Notes: a model not told the origin generated them from the letters alone. 32,000 bases of DNA from Candidatus Iainarchaeum sp. (GCA_003559395.1 PWLL01000008.1:292-32291); one strand, 5' to 3'. Shown: positions 1 to 7,043, counted from the first letter of the stretch. Translations and numbers: made by a program.

Positions 1-206
1 CATTTAATCAGACTTCCCCTGCTGTAAGGCGGATTAACAAAAACCCTTTCACTCTGCCAGCTCTGCGCCAGACCATCTTCTTTTTTGGTGTAGTATTTAG
101 TGCATTTGGCATTTTTTTCTGTAGCTGCCGCGTCTAATGTGAAGTTAAACTCTTTATTTAAACGATTAAAGAGCCAGTCTGGTGTACGCCACTCGTCGTT
201 AGCCAT
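1..206 (-). CDS. Phage Dam-type N6-adenine DNA methyltransferase, N-terminal 68 codons; the gene runs off the left window edge
   Basis: Not in the ORF track because it has no stop in the window. Manual reverse translation from the ATG at 206..204 gives MANDEWRTPDWLFNRLNKEFNFTLDAAATEKNAKCTKYYTKKEDGLAQSWQSERVFVNPPYSRGSLIK. The EWxTP ... FxLDxAA ... W ... VFxNPPY layout matches the phage N-6-adenine-methyltransferase (T1 Dam-like) family. The start overlaps the stop of the upstream gene (ATGGCTAA). Confidence 0.8.
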   Translation of the reverse strand, partial: MANDEWRTPDWLFNRLNKEFNFTLDAAATEKNAKCTKYYTKKEDGLAQSWQSERVFVNPPYSRGSLIK

Positions 207-396
207 CGTTATCATTCCCTTTCAAACTTTCTCCGGTCGCCTCTCCTGTTCCACCACACTCCTCGCAGGGTACCTTATCCGTTATTGGTTCATCGCCATT
301 ATAATAATATCCCTTCGGATTCAACATGATAAAAGTGTATCCTTTGCCATCACAATATTTACATTTCATATATTCCGCTTCCCACCCCTGTTTCAC
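199..396 (-). CDS. Small zinc-finger protein with two DnaJ-type CxxCxGxG motifs
   Basis: 65 aa. CKYCDGKG and CEECGGTG are two copies of the CxxCxGxG motif found in the DnaJ central cysteine-rich domain. 4-nt overlap with the upstream gene and 8-nt overlap with the downstream Dam gene. Confidence 0.6.
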   Translation of the reverse strand: MKQGWEAEYMKCKYCDGKGYTFIMLNPKGYYYNGDEPITDKVPCEECGGTGEATGESLKGNDNDG

Positions 397-743
397 GTAA
401 TTAACCCGCTGGATATTAATATAGTTTCGCCACCGAATTTTTCTTGCTTTAATACATACCTTTCTTTGTACTCATGCCCCGCGCTAATTAATTGACGTAC
501 AAGATGCCGTGCTGACACGCCGGCAGAATCACTGCCGCTCTTATAATGTACTTGAAAGCCATCTTCTTTGGCAGCCTTAATTGCTACATGATTAGAACCC
601 GGGTTAATCCCCAGTTCAATTGTTTGAGGCTTGCCCAATAACCTCATAGCTGGGGCCGAAATATAGAAACCTGGATTATATTCTGTGATCTTAAAATAAA
701 CCTTTGGCCTTTGATAAAACGCAAATCCTTTCATCTCGCGCAT
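393..743 (-). CDS. Hypothetical early protein (116 aa)
   Basis: ORF preceded by AAGGAGGG with an 8-nt spacer to the ATG at 743. No motif recognised. A central segment weakly resembles the C-terminal half of the 243-aa protein at 1375-2106. Confidence 0.55.
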   Translation of the reverse strand: MREMKGFAFYQRPKVYFKITEYNPGFYISAPAMRLLGKPQTIELGINPGSNHVAIKAAKEDGFQVHYKSGSDSAGVSARHLVRQLISAGHEYKERYVLKQEKFGGETILISSGLIT

Positions 744-916
744 TTTATTGCCCTCCTTAGTTTTTTACTTTCCCCTCAAAATATTTCCCTCGACCACCAC
801 AATAAAGCCTTGCTTGCACGACCACGGGGATGGCCGGTTGCAGATAATGCCTAATTATGGGGGATTCACCTACCTTTCGTTTTTTTGTTTTTTTTAGTGG
901 CAGCCGAGGAAAATCG

Positions 917-1207
917 TTATGCAAACTTCTCGGTGAAGGAACCACACAATCTATGGAAAGCTCGCTGAACCTCTTCTTCATCTTGAGCTGTGAGTTTTTT
1001 GGTTTGATCGTTTTCGTATTCTATGTTCTGCCTGCGTTTGCGACCCCCCTGGCGTTCGTTAGACGAAAGACCCTGATAGTTGCGCCATGAACAGATCGCC
1101 GAACGTGTTACCCCGAGCTCCTTTGCTATTTCCATGTCAGACAGACCTTTAAGATATAGCTTGAACCGTTGATTATGTTCCACAACAGTGAGTTTTCTGC
1201 CTCTCAT
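917..1207 (-). CDS. Small helix-turn-helix DNA-binding protein (about 96 aa)
   Basis: GLSDMEIAKELGVTRSAICSWR is a classic HTH, similar to sigma region 4 or the transposase-type HTH. The track starts the ORF at 1228. AGGTGGTGA lies 7 nt upstream of the second ATG at 1207, so 1207 is the likelier start. Confidence 0.6.
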   Translation of the reverse strand: MRGRKLTVVEHNQRFKLYLKGLSDMEIAKELGVTRSAICSWRNYQGLSSNERQGGRKRRQNIEYENDQTKKLTAQDEEEVQRAFHRLCGSFTEKFA

Positions 1208-1239
1208 AAGAACATCACCACCTAACATTATACTTGATA

Positions 1240-1358
1240 ATTATGGACAATCTGCCAAATTTTGCATTAAAGGGTAAAAAAATAAGTCTTAAATTTGACA
1301 TCGTGATTGATTATTATGGTTAAGTTTCCAAATTTTGCTGAGGAGATAAAAAAATAAG
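1240..1358 (-). promoter_or_regulatory. Two tandem copies of a roughly 47-bp promoter-like module upstream of the HTH gene
   Basis: On the minus strand both copies read CTTATTTTTTT-N9/10-GCAAAATTTGG-N8-CCATAAT (plus-strand units 1240-1286 and 1313-1358, 73 bp apart). CATAAT is -10-like, but there is no TTGACA-like -35 at 16-18 nt. Confidence 0.3.
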
Positions 1359-1374
1359 CCCTGCTCATCAACTA

Positions 1375-2106
1375 TTACCAATCAAGCAGATCGGCATCAA
1401 TATCTACAAGCATCGTATCTTTATCCCATAGCTTTATCGGGTGTCTACAAACATCAGTCTTGCCGTTAATAGCATGTAATTCCTCATATGCGTTTTTCGA
1501 CGTTATTTTTGCATTAGACGTTACGTTAAAAGACACCTTGTGATTATTTCCTCGTTCAATTGTCATGATTTTGTCCTGCTTGTCAATAATTAAATCCACA
1601 TAATCTATATTATGGTCGCGTAATATCCTTGTCGTCTCTGAGGAGAACCTCATATCATATACCTGCAAATAAGAGTCAAATAAACGCTGATAAGAAACAG
1701 AAAGATAATTTTGCTTCGAGTTAATGCGGGAGCGGGCGGATGGTCTTATCTTTGATAAACGCGATTTTGTTTTGGCGTCTTTCTTATCGTGTTTATTTTT
1801 GCCGTCCAGGAACTTCTTACATTTTTTACAGGTTATTTCACTTGCTCGATCAAAACTCGTTATTTCTACAGGGATTTTTAAGCGTTTGATCCTAACGAAT
1901 TGTTGTCCATTGTCTTGTTCGGTCAAGCTGCGCATTAATCCGCAGGCTGGTTTATATCCAACAAACCCATCCTGCTTCACGCCAATATGTGTTCCATGAG
2001 TCGCAGGATGTTTCATCATGACCAATTCGCTGTCAAGCTCAGTCTCAGTCCCTTCTGGTTCACGGTTAAATAAGTCTTTAATAAAACTAATAAAAACGGT
2101 AATCAT
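1375..2106 (-). CDS. Hypothetical early protein (243 aa) with a lysine-rich central linker
   Basis: Long ORF in the same orientation as its neighbours. It ends 15 nt... starts 15 nt downstream of the SSB stop. No catalytic motif recognised. Confidence 0.6.
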   Translation of the reverse strand: MITVFISFIKDLFNREPEGTETELDSELVMMKHPATHGTHIGVKQDGFVGYKPACGLMRSLTEQDNGQQFVRIKRLKIPVEITSFDRASEITCKKCKKFLDGKNKHDKKDAKTKSRLSKIRPSARSRINSKQNYLSVSYQRLFDSYLQVYDMRFSSETTRILRDHNIDYVDLIIDKQDKIMTIERGNNHKVSFNVTSNAKITSKNAYEELHAINGKTDVCRHPIKLWDKDTMLVDIDADLLDW

Positions 2107-2120
2107 CCCCCTCGCTTTTT

Positions 2121-2501
2121 TTAAAAAGGAAGCTCATCTTCATCTTGATCCGCATACGCGTTTCCCTCGCTGGCATTACTATCCTTCGGCCAGTCTAGGA
2201 AACGGACGTTATCAGCGTTCACCTTGACCCTGGACCTTTTACCTTCATCCGTCTCCCACCGGTCCTGCTGTAGACTCCCGGATATCGCTACAAGCCGCCC
2301 TTTGCCCAGATGATTATCGCAGGTTTCGGCCAGCTTACGCCAGACAACGATATCAAAGAAGTCTACTTCCTTTTCTCCTGCCTGGTTTTTATATGGTCGT
2401 TCAACAGCCAGAGAAAAGTTAGCTACGGCATGACCACCTGGAGTATATCGTAACTTAGGATCTGCAGTCAGCCTGCCAATAAGAACAACTGTATTCAACA
2501 T
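2121..2501 (-). CDS. ssb: Single-stranded DNA-binding protein
   Basis: MLNTVVLIGRLTADPKLRYTPGGHAVANFSLAVERPY ... FFDIVVWRKLAE ... GRLVAISGSLQQDRWE is a canonical OB-fold SSB with the acidic C-terminal tail DEDELPF. AAGGTGGTG followed by a 6-nt spacer favours the ATG at 2501 over the track start at 2513. Confidence 0.9.
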   Translation of the reverse strand: MLNTVVLIGRLTADPKLRYTPGGHAVANFSLAVERPYKNQAGEKEVDFFDIVVWRKLAETCDNHLGKGRLVAISGSLQQDRWETDEGKRSRVKVNADNVRFLDWPKDSNASEGNAYADQDEDELPF

Positions 2502-2521
2502 GTTCAACACCACCTTGTTTT

Positions 2522-3223
2522 CTAGTGAACGTAAACCGGTATCCCTGTAAGTTCCTGTACTTCTTTCTTGAATCTAACAGGGTCAGCATTACTCACACTC
2601 AAATGAACTAAATGTATCTGTTCCACCCTGCTTAGATCATTGGCCCTCAAGAACTCCTTTGCTGTTTCCAGCCCCATATGCGTCTTTATTACCCGGCTTT
2701 TATATGCCCTGTCTATCACCCCTTCCTTTACGTTTTCCATAAGAATATCGCGGCTGTAGTTCGTTTCCAGCAGAAGGAAGGTAAGCCCTTCAAAAGTATA
2801 CCTGCTGTACATACTATCGGTAATATATATACCCTTATCGCCGTACTTACTCGCCAGCAGGAACCCCACACTACCCGGTATGTGCTGGGTTGGGAACGGG
2901 AGGACGGCCCACGAACCCACTACCACCTCCTGCATAGGCTTTAAAACGCGTTTCCTATGGCCGTCCAACCCTAACCCTTCCCATGTCTCTTCCGTGGCGT
3001 AGGTGTCTATCCCGGCCCGCAAAACCTTATCTGCTGACTTAGTATGATCTCCGTGTCCGTGAGTCAGGAGACAGGCTGCCACTTCTGACAGCCTGAAGTT
3101 AAGTTTCTCCTTAATCTCCTGAATTCGTATTCCTGCGTCCAGCAGGAGAACAGTTTCTCCATCAGAGAGCCAGACGGCATTCCCCTCACTCCCGCTGGAG
3201 AGGACCTTGATTTCAACTGTCAT
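2522..3223 (-). CDS. Metallo-beta-lactamase-fold hydrolase, putative recombination nuclease
   Basis: THGHGDH is the HxHxDH motif. It is preceded by LLLDAG, with downstream H and D residues in MBL-like spacing. The start overlaps the recT stop (TAATG). Confidence 0.75.
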   Translation of the reverse strand: MTVEIKVLSSGSEGNAVWLSDGETVLLLDAGIRIQEIKEKLNFRLSEVAACLLTHGHGDHTKSADKVLRAGIDTYATEETWEGLGLDGHRKRVLKPMQEVVVGSWAVLPFPTQHIPGSVGFLLASKYGDKGIYITDSMYSRYTFEGLTFLLLETNYSRDILMENVKEGVIDRAYKSRVIKTHMGLETAKEFLRANDLSRVEQIHLVHLSVSNADPVRFKKEVQELTGIPVYVH

Positions 3224-4074
3224 TAAAAGTCAGGCTCCATAGTAGACTGCGCACCCGTCGCTGTGGCTTCGGGTTCAGGAGTTGGTTCTGGCTCTGGCTT
3301 TTCTTGCTCTTCGTTTACGCTATTGGTTTCTTCGTACTCAACATCTATAGTTTCGGCGTTGGCCTCGGCGTCTATCTCTTCCTGTACTGCACTTTCTTCG
3401 TTAAAGTCCTCGTCTTTGGTAAGGGCAGCTGTCATTTCGGTGGAGAGATACCCGTAGGTGCCAAGCAATCTTCTCATACAGGTTTTCATAGCCATCTGAT
3501 CAAAGTTTGTATGCCATGCACTGGATTTACTCTTATATGAAGCGCTATACCTTTTTGCGTGTGCAACAATCTCTTCCTTTGTCATATATAACGTCTTTGA
3601 AAACCCGTTCAGAAGTTCCATATAAGCGAAATATCCCTGCGCCTGGTCGCTTTCGGGTTCTCCTTCAAAACTAATCTCGCCGGTAAGAAGGTCTTTCTTT
3701 ATTTCTACTCCTTCAGGGACTATATCCGCGTTCAGATGTCGATACTGACCGGTCCGCATGGCAAGCTGTATATACCCTTTGTATCCACACTGGAACTGTG
3801 GCTTACCCTTGTATGGCACGATATAAGCGAATCCTAGCTGTTTATTGATTGGCAGTTTTAGTGTGGCCGCCTTGAGTGCTTCCATAACCACCTCGCCAGG
3901 GTCACACTGCTGCAAGTAATTATCGGAACTATACAGATCAATTACCGAGGCAACGAAGGCCCCCTTGTTTTCATCCAGAGCGTTTTCAAACTGACGTTGA
4001 ACACTATCAGCATTTAATACTTTCTTGAGCTTATTAATCCGCTTTTTTGCCAGTGCCGGTGCATTTTTAGCCAT
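3223..4074 (-). CDS. recT: RecT-family single-strand annealing recombinase
   Basis: N-terminal FENALDENKGAFVASVIDLYSSDNYLQQCDP ... AATLKLPINKQLGFAYIVPYKGKPQFQCGYKGYIQLAMRTGQY matches the RecT core as I remember it. The C-terminal tail is acidic and Pro/Glu-rich. Confidence 0.8.
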   Translation of the reverse strand: MAKNAPALAKKRINKLKKVLNADSVQRQFENALDENKGAFVASVIDLYSSDNYLQQCDPGEVVMEALKAATLKLPINKQLGFAYIVPYKGKPQFQCGYKGYIQLAMRTGQYRHLNADIVPEGVEIKKDLLTGEISFEGEPESDQAQGYFAYMELLNGFSKTLYMTKEEIVAHAKRYSASYKSKSSAWHTNFDQMAMKTCMRRLLGTYGYLSTEMTAALTKDEDFNEESAVQEEIDAEANAETIDVEYEETNSVNEEQEKPEPEPTPEPEATATGAQSTMEPDF

Positions 4075-4076
4075 GG

Positions 4077-6041
4077 TTAAACAGCCTCCTCATTGGATAT
4101 TTCTTGTCTTTCCACTCTTAACTCCTTATCGTCCTCGCTTACCACCAGATGTATCTGCTGTCCGGTGGTCGGGATAATATCCGTAACACTCTCTGAGTTA
4201 TCAATCCAGATCGGCGGGTGGAACCCATAGTGTTCAGCAAGGGTCTCTATAATATCCAGGCCCACATTAATCTTACCCCCATTGTTAAGGTTTGTATTAT
4301 ATGGAACCCCTTCGTAGGTGGTCTCACAACAGGGTTTTAGGCCACCGTTCACCTGTTCTTCAAAGAGCTTGAATTTTGCCAGCCGGAATTTGGAGTTAAT
4401 CTTCTCATTCAGCATCTGTACTTTAGTCCGGGTAAACTCTTCCAACAGATACATTTGACGTTCCAGTTTCTCATACTCTTTGGCCAGTTTTTCTTCTTTC
4501 GTTTGCAGTTCTTCAATGCGCTTTTTGCCGATCTCATACTGCTCAATGCGGGCCAACAGCATTTCAAATTTTTCAATTTCTTTTTCGTATGACTGAATAT
4601 CCTGCTGGATAGGTTCCTTATCCACCTGGGTTCCTGACTTCAGACTCTCAATTTCTGCTTGTATCGCTTCCTTTTCAGCCAGCTTTTCCTGGTATTCAGA
4701 GTCGCTTTCTATACTGCTTTCTTCTTTCTGTATAGCTTCCAGTTCAGATTGAGCCTGGGCCAGCGTTTCATTATGGAGCAAGAGCCTTTCATTGTTGGCT
4801 GCTATGTCGGCCTCGGTTGTCTTTTTTTGTCCTTTGAGTTCTGCTATCTGAGCTTTAAGGGATTTACCTTCTGTGTTAATTTTTTCTAGCTTTTCTGATT
4901 TTTTGAGATTAAACTTCTTTTCCGCTTTAGCAATCTGCTCTTGTGGTAGCTGCTGGCCACAGGTGGGGCAGGCGCCTTCACTATCGAAATTTTCGTTAGC
5001 CTTTGCCATGAATTCTTTTCGCAGAGCGTCACACTGACTTTCCAACCGTTCTATTTTCCGGTCATGTTCGGCCAGTTCACTATTGAGTTTCCTGTTTTCG
5101 TAATTCAGAGTTTCTATGTTATCCTGAACTTTTCTGATCTCGACCTTCTTTTTCATAGCCAGCCCAGAAAAACGCTCATAGCGTGCGTTTTTGATAGCCA
5201 AAAGCTCCGAATCTACCTGTTGGAGCTTATTGTTCATTTCGGACATACCACCATCGGAGCTGATGGCCGCAAGTTCATTATTTTTTTCCTGAATCTTGTC
5301 TTTGCGGTAACGTATCTTTCTGCGGATAGAGTCTTCATCTAGATCCTGGGGATCATCCGGCAGTGATTGATTCACTTCGTCGATCCGAACCGGGATCCGG
5401 TCTAACTCTTGGTTGATTTTTTTCTGTTGGGATTTGATAACTTTGCGATGTTCTTCAATGCTGCGTTCGGATAGGATATCTTGTAGGTCGGATAGGTCGT
5501 TGTTAGAGGCGATAACTTCTTCATCTGATACATTGCCACAGACATCTAGCAACGTCTCGCGGCGTTCCTCCCAGTGGATCTGCTCATTAAAGTAGGTAGG
5601 ATTGGTGAGCAGTTTGAAAATATCTTCGTCTGCAATCTTGTCAATCTTAGCCGTGTATTCTGCCTTGTTGACCGGTACACCATTAATGAAATGGTCAGTG
5701 GTATGGCCGGAAAATGTCTTTTGGGCCGATCCACGTTTTTTAACCCATTTCTCTTTATATATCTTCCGGAGTTCAACCTTCTTGCCATTTGCAAGCTCAA
5801 GAGTCATTTCGGCTTCGTGCTCTAGGCCGTGCAGGGATTCTCCGTTTTCTTTGAGTGTTTTGATCTCAAACTGGGTCTGGTCCTGGCTGTCCTTGTCGAA
5901 TAAAATCCAGGTAAAGGCATCATTTAATGTTGTTTTCCCGGTTTCGTTATCACCGTAGATTTTAATATCCCGGCCCTGTAAATCTAGTTCAAAAGACTCT
6001 AGCCCCTTAAAATGTCGTAACCTCAATCTTAACAACTGCAT
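4077..6041 (-). CDS. SMC/Rad50/SbcC-like ATPase with a long coiled coil and a CxxC hook
   Basis: Walker A GDNETGKTT at the N-terminus. About 450 aa of heptad-rich E/K/Q coiled coil with CPTCGQ (nt 4959-4970) near its middle. C-terminal NGGKINVGLDII (signature-like) and PPIWIDNSE (Walker B/D-loop). Confidence 0.75.
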   Translation of the reverse strand: MQLLRLRLRHFKGLESFELDLQGRDIKIYGDNETGKTTLNDAFTWILFDKDSQDQTQFEIKTLKENGESLHGLEHEAEMTLELANGKKVELRKIYKEKWVKKRGSAQKTFSGHTTDHFINGVPVNKAEYTAKIDKIADEDIFKLLTNPTYFNEQIHWEERRETLLDVCGNVSDEEVIASNNDLSDLQDILSERSIEEHRKVIKSQQKKINQELDRIPVRIDEVNQSLPDDPQDLDEDSIRRKIRYRKDKIQEKNNELAAISSDGGMSEMNNKLQQVDSELLAIKNARYERFSGLAMKKKVEIRKVQDNIETLNYENRKLNSELAEHDRKIERLESQCDALRKEFMAKANENFDSEGACPTCGQQLPQEQIAKAEKKFNLKKSEKLEKINTEGKSLKAQIAELKGQKKTTEADIAANNERLLLHNETLAQAQSELEAIQKEESSIESDSEYQEKLAEKEAIQAEIESLKSGTQVDKEPIQQDIQSYEKEIEKFEMLLARIEQYEIGKKRIEELQTKEEKLAKEYEKLERQMYLLEEFTRTKVQMLNEKINSKFRLAKFKLFEEQVNGGLKPCCETTYEGVPYNTNLNNGGKINVGLDIIETLAEHYGFHPPIWIDNSESVTDIIPTTGQQIHLVVSEDDKELRVERQEISNEEAV

Positions 6042-6083
6042 TTCGACACCTCTTTGTGGTATAATAAAACCAAATATACTCTT

Positions 6084-6269
6084 CTACGCGCCCGTCTTAG
6101 CGGGCGTTTTTTCTTTTCCCATCTCCTGCCCTACCATTTTCAACGCTATCTTCGCTTCCGTTTCAATAATTTTCAGAGTTGCTGATGTTCCATTCTCCTT
6201 CTCTTCGATATCCTTCCTGGCCAGTCTCTGAATGTCTTTTAGACTTCCTTCGATAAGCCATAAGCTCAC
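6084..6269 (-). CDS. Candidate small helical protein (about 61 aa), overlapping the next candidate in another frame
   Basis: AGGAGG followed by a 7-nt spacer and a GTG at 6269. The product SLWLIEGSLKDIQRLARKDIEEKENGTSATLKIIETEAKIALK looks like a genuine helical protein. It overlaps 6163-6378 in a different frame. Confidence 0.35.
   Translation of the reverse strand: MSLWLIEGSLKDIQRLARKDIEEKENGTSATLKIIETEAKIALKMVGQEMGKEKTPAKTGA
6088..6116 (+). terminator. Terminator-like GC hairpin plus T-run, oriented for the plus strand
   Basis: CGCCCG-TCTTAG-CGGGCG (stem arms 6088-6093 and 6101-6106) followed by TTTTTTCTTTT on the plus strand. On the minus strand the run lies on the wrong side. No plus-strand gene is apparent upstream. 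Confidence 0.3.
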
Positions 6270-6378
6270 GGTAACGCCTCCTCTCATCCTGGACAGTCAT
6301 CATAGCGAGTTTGGTGGTTACTGTGGCAAGAAGTATCTGTACAGCCCGTGTTGCAATTATTGTCCAGTCCCAGCCCAT
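6163..6378 (-). CDS. Candidate small membrane protein (71 aa)
   Basis: ATG preceded by GAGGAGG with a 10-nt spacer. N-terminal hydrophobic stretch WTIIATRAVQILLATVTTKLAMM. The C-terminal half is low-complexity R/E/K and overlaps the 6084-6269 candidate. Confidence 0.4.
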   Translation of the reverse strand: MGWDWTIIATRAVQILLATVTTKLAMMTVQDERRRYRELMAYRRKSKRHSETGQEGYRREGEWNISNSENY

Positions 6379-6593
6379 ACCGCTTTTGCCTCCTCATAAC
6401 AGTCGGCGTGGTAAGCTCCATCGTAGTCGGTGTAAATTGCTTCGTCGTGCTGTTCAATGTAATCCCCGCACCACTCGCACTCTTCCAGATCGGGCTCTTT
6501 CATGCAAATACAGGGAGAGATCGGAAGCCCATCTTCTAACCCGACGTCATGACCGCAGTCTGGACATATAAAGTTACGATAGACTTCACTCAC
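6357..6593 (-). CDS. Small cysteine-rich protein, putative zinc-binding
   Basis: CPDCGH ... CIC ... CEWCGD ... HADC. GGAGG followed by an 8-nt spacer favours the GTG at 6593. That GTG overlaps the upstream stop (GTGAGTGA). Confidence 0.6.
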   Translation of the reverse strand: MSEVYRNFICPDCGHDVGLEDGLPISPCICMKEPDLEECEWCGDYIEQHDEAIYTDYDGAYHADCYEEAKAVWAGTGQ

Positions 6594-6759
6594 TATCAAC
6601 ACCTCCTTTCTTATCCTTATATATCTCGACGTATCTGCTCAAGATGGTGTCTATGGCCTCTGACGGAAAACACTTCTCTTTCTCTGCAATTTGAGAAATG
6701 TTTTCATGAACACTTTTTTTAATGTTTACCTGAACGAATCTCGGTGGCATCCCGGCCAT
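6586..6759 (-). CDS. Small protein, possibly a ribbon-helix-helix DNA binder
   Basis: AAAGGAGGA followed by a 6-nt spacer and the ATG at 6759. RFVQVNIKKSVHENISQIAEKEKCFPSEAIDTILSRYVE has a strand-helix-helix pattern like CopG/Arc. This was judged by eye only. Confidence 0.45.
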   Translation of the reverse strand: MAGMPPRFVQVNIKKSVHENISQIAEKEKCFPSEAIDTILSRYVEIYKDKKGGVDSE

Positions 6760-6790
6760 CGGTGCTCCTCCTTTCAATTCAGTAGATTTT

Positions 6791-7021
6791 TTATTGTTTA
6801 CGCCGTAACCTATCCTTAAAAAAAACTTCTTCTATTGGTAGGTTGAATATATCAGCTATTTTTTTTGCTTCTGATAGAGTAAACTCAGCTTGGTTCGTTT
6901 CTTTTCTGCTATAAGTTTGTTTGACTATGCCGAGCTTCTTGGCCATTTCATCTTGCACTATTGAGCGTTCAATACGCAGCGCTCGTAGTCTATTGGTATT
7001 AATTTCAACCAACGCATTCAA
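6791..7021 (-). CDS. XRE/Cro-type HTH transcriptional regulator, first gene of the early operon
   Basis: LRALRIERSIVQDEMAKKLGIVKQTYSRKETNQAEFTLSEAKKIADIFNLPIEEVF is a typical HTH_3 (XRE) domain. The track start (TTG at 7021) abuts the SD GAAAGGAG. The in-frame TTG at 7012 (9-nt spacer) may be the real start. Confidence 0.8.
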   Translation of the reverse strand: MNALVEINTNRLRALRIERSIVQDEMAKKLGIVKQTYSRKETNQAEFTLSEAKKIADIFNLPIEEVFFKDRLRRKQ

Positions 7022-7043
7022 CTCCTTTCTGTTAATTTGTTAT

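Noticed and set aside
757-981. 74-aa minus-strand ORF spanning the 173-nt gap between the HTH gene and the 116-aa gene
   Set aside because: It overlaps the 3' end of the HTH gene by 65 nt and has no SD. Its translation (KKTKKRK from A-runs, Pro/Arg-rich) looks non-coding. The gap may instead hold regulatory or structured RNA, but I could not define a convincing fold, tRNA or riboswitch by eye.
1227-1232. Perfect TATAAT on the minus strand immediately upstream of the HTH gene as its -10 box
   Set aside because: A start about 7 nt downstream would fall inside or after the SD (AGGTGGTG, 1216-1223). No -35 lies at 16-18 nt; TTGGCA is 20 nt away. The hexamer also contains the spurious upstream ATG. 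The conserved CCATAAT modules further upstream are better candidates.
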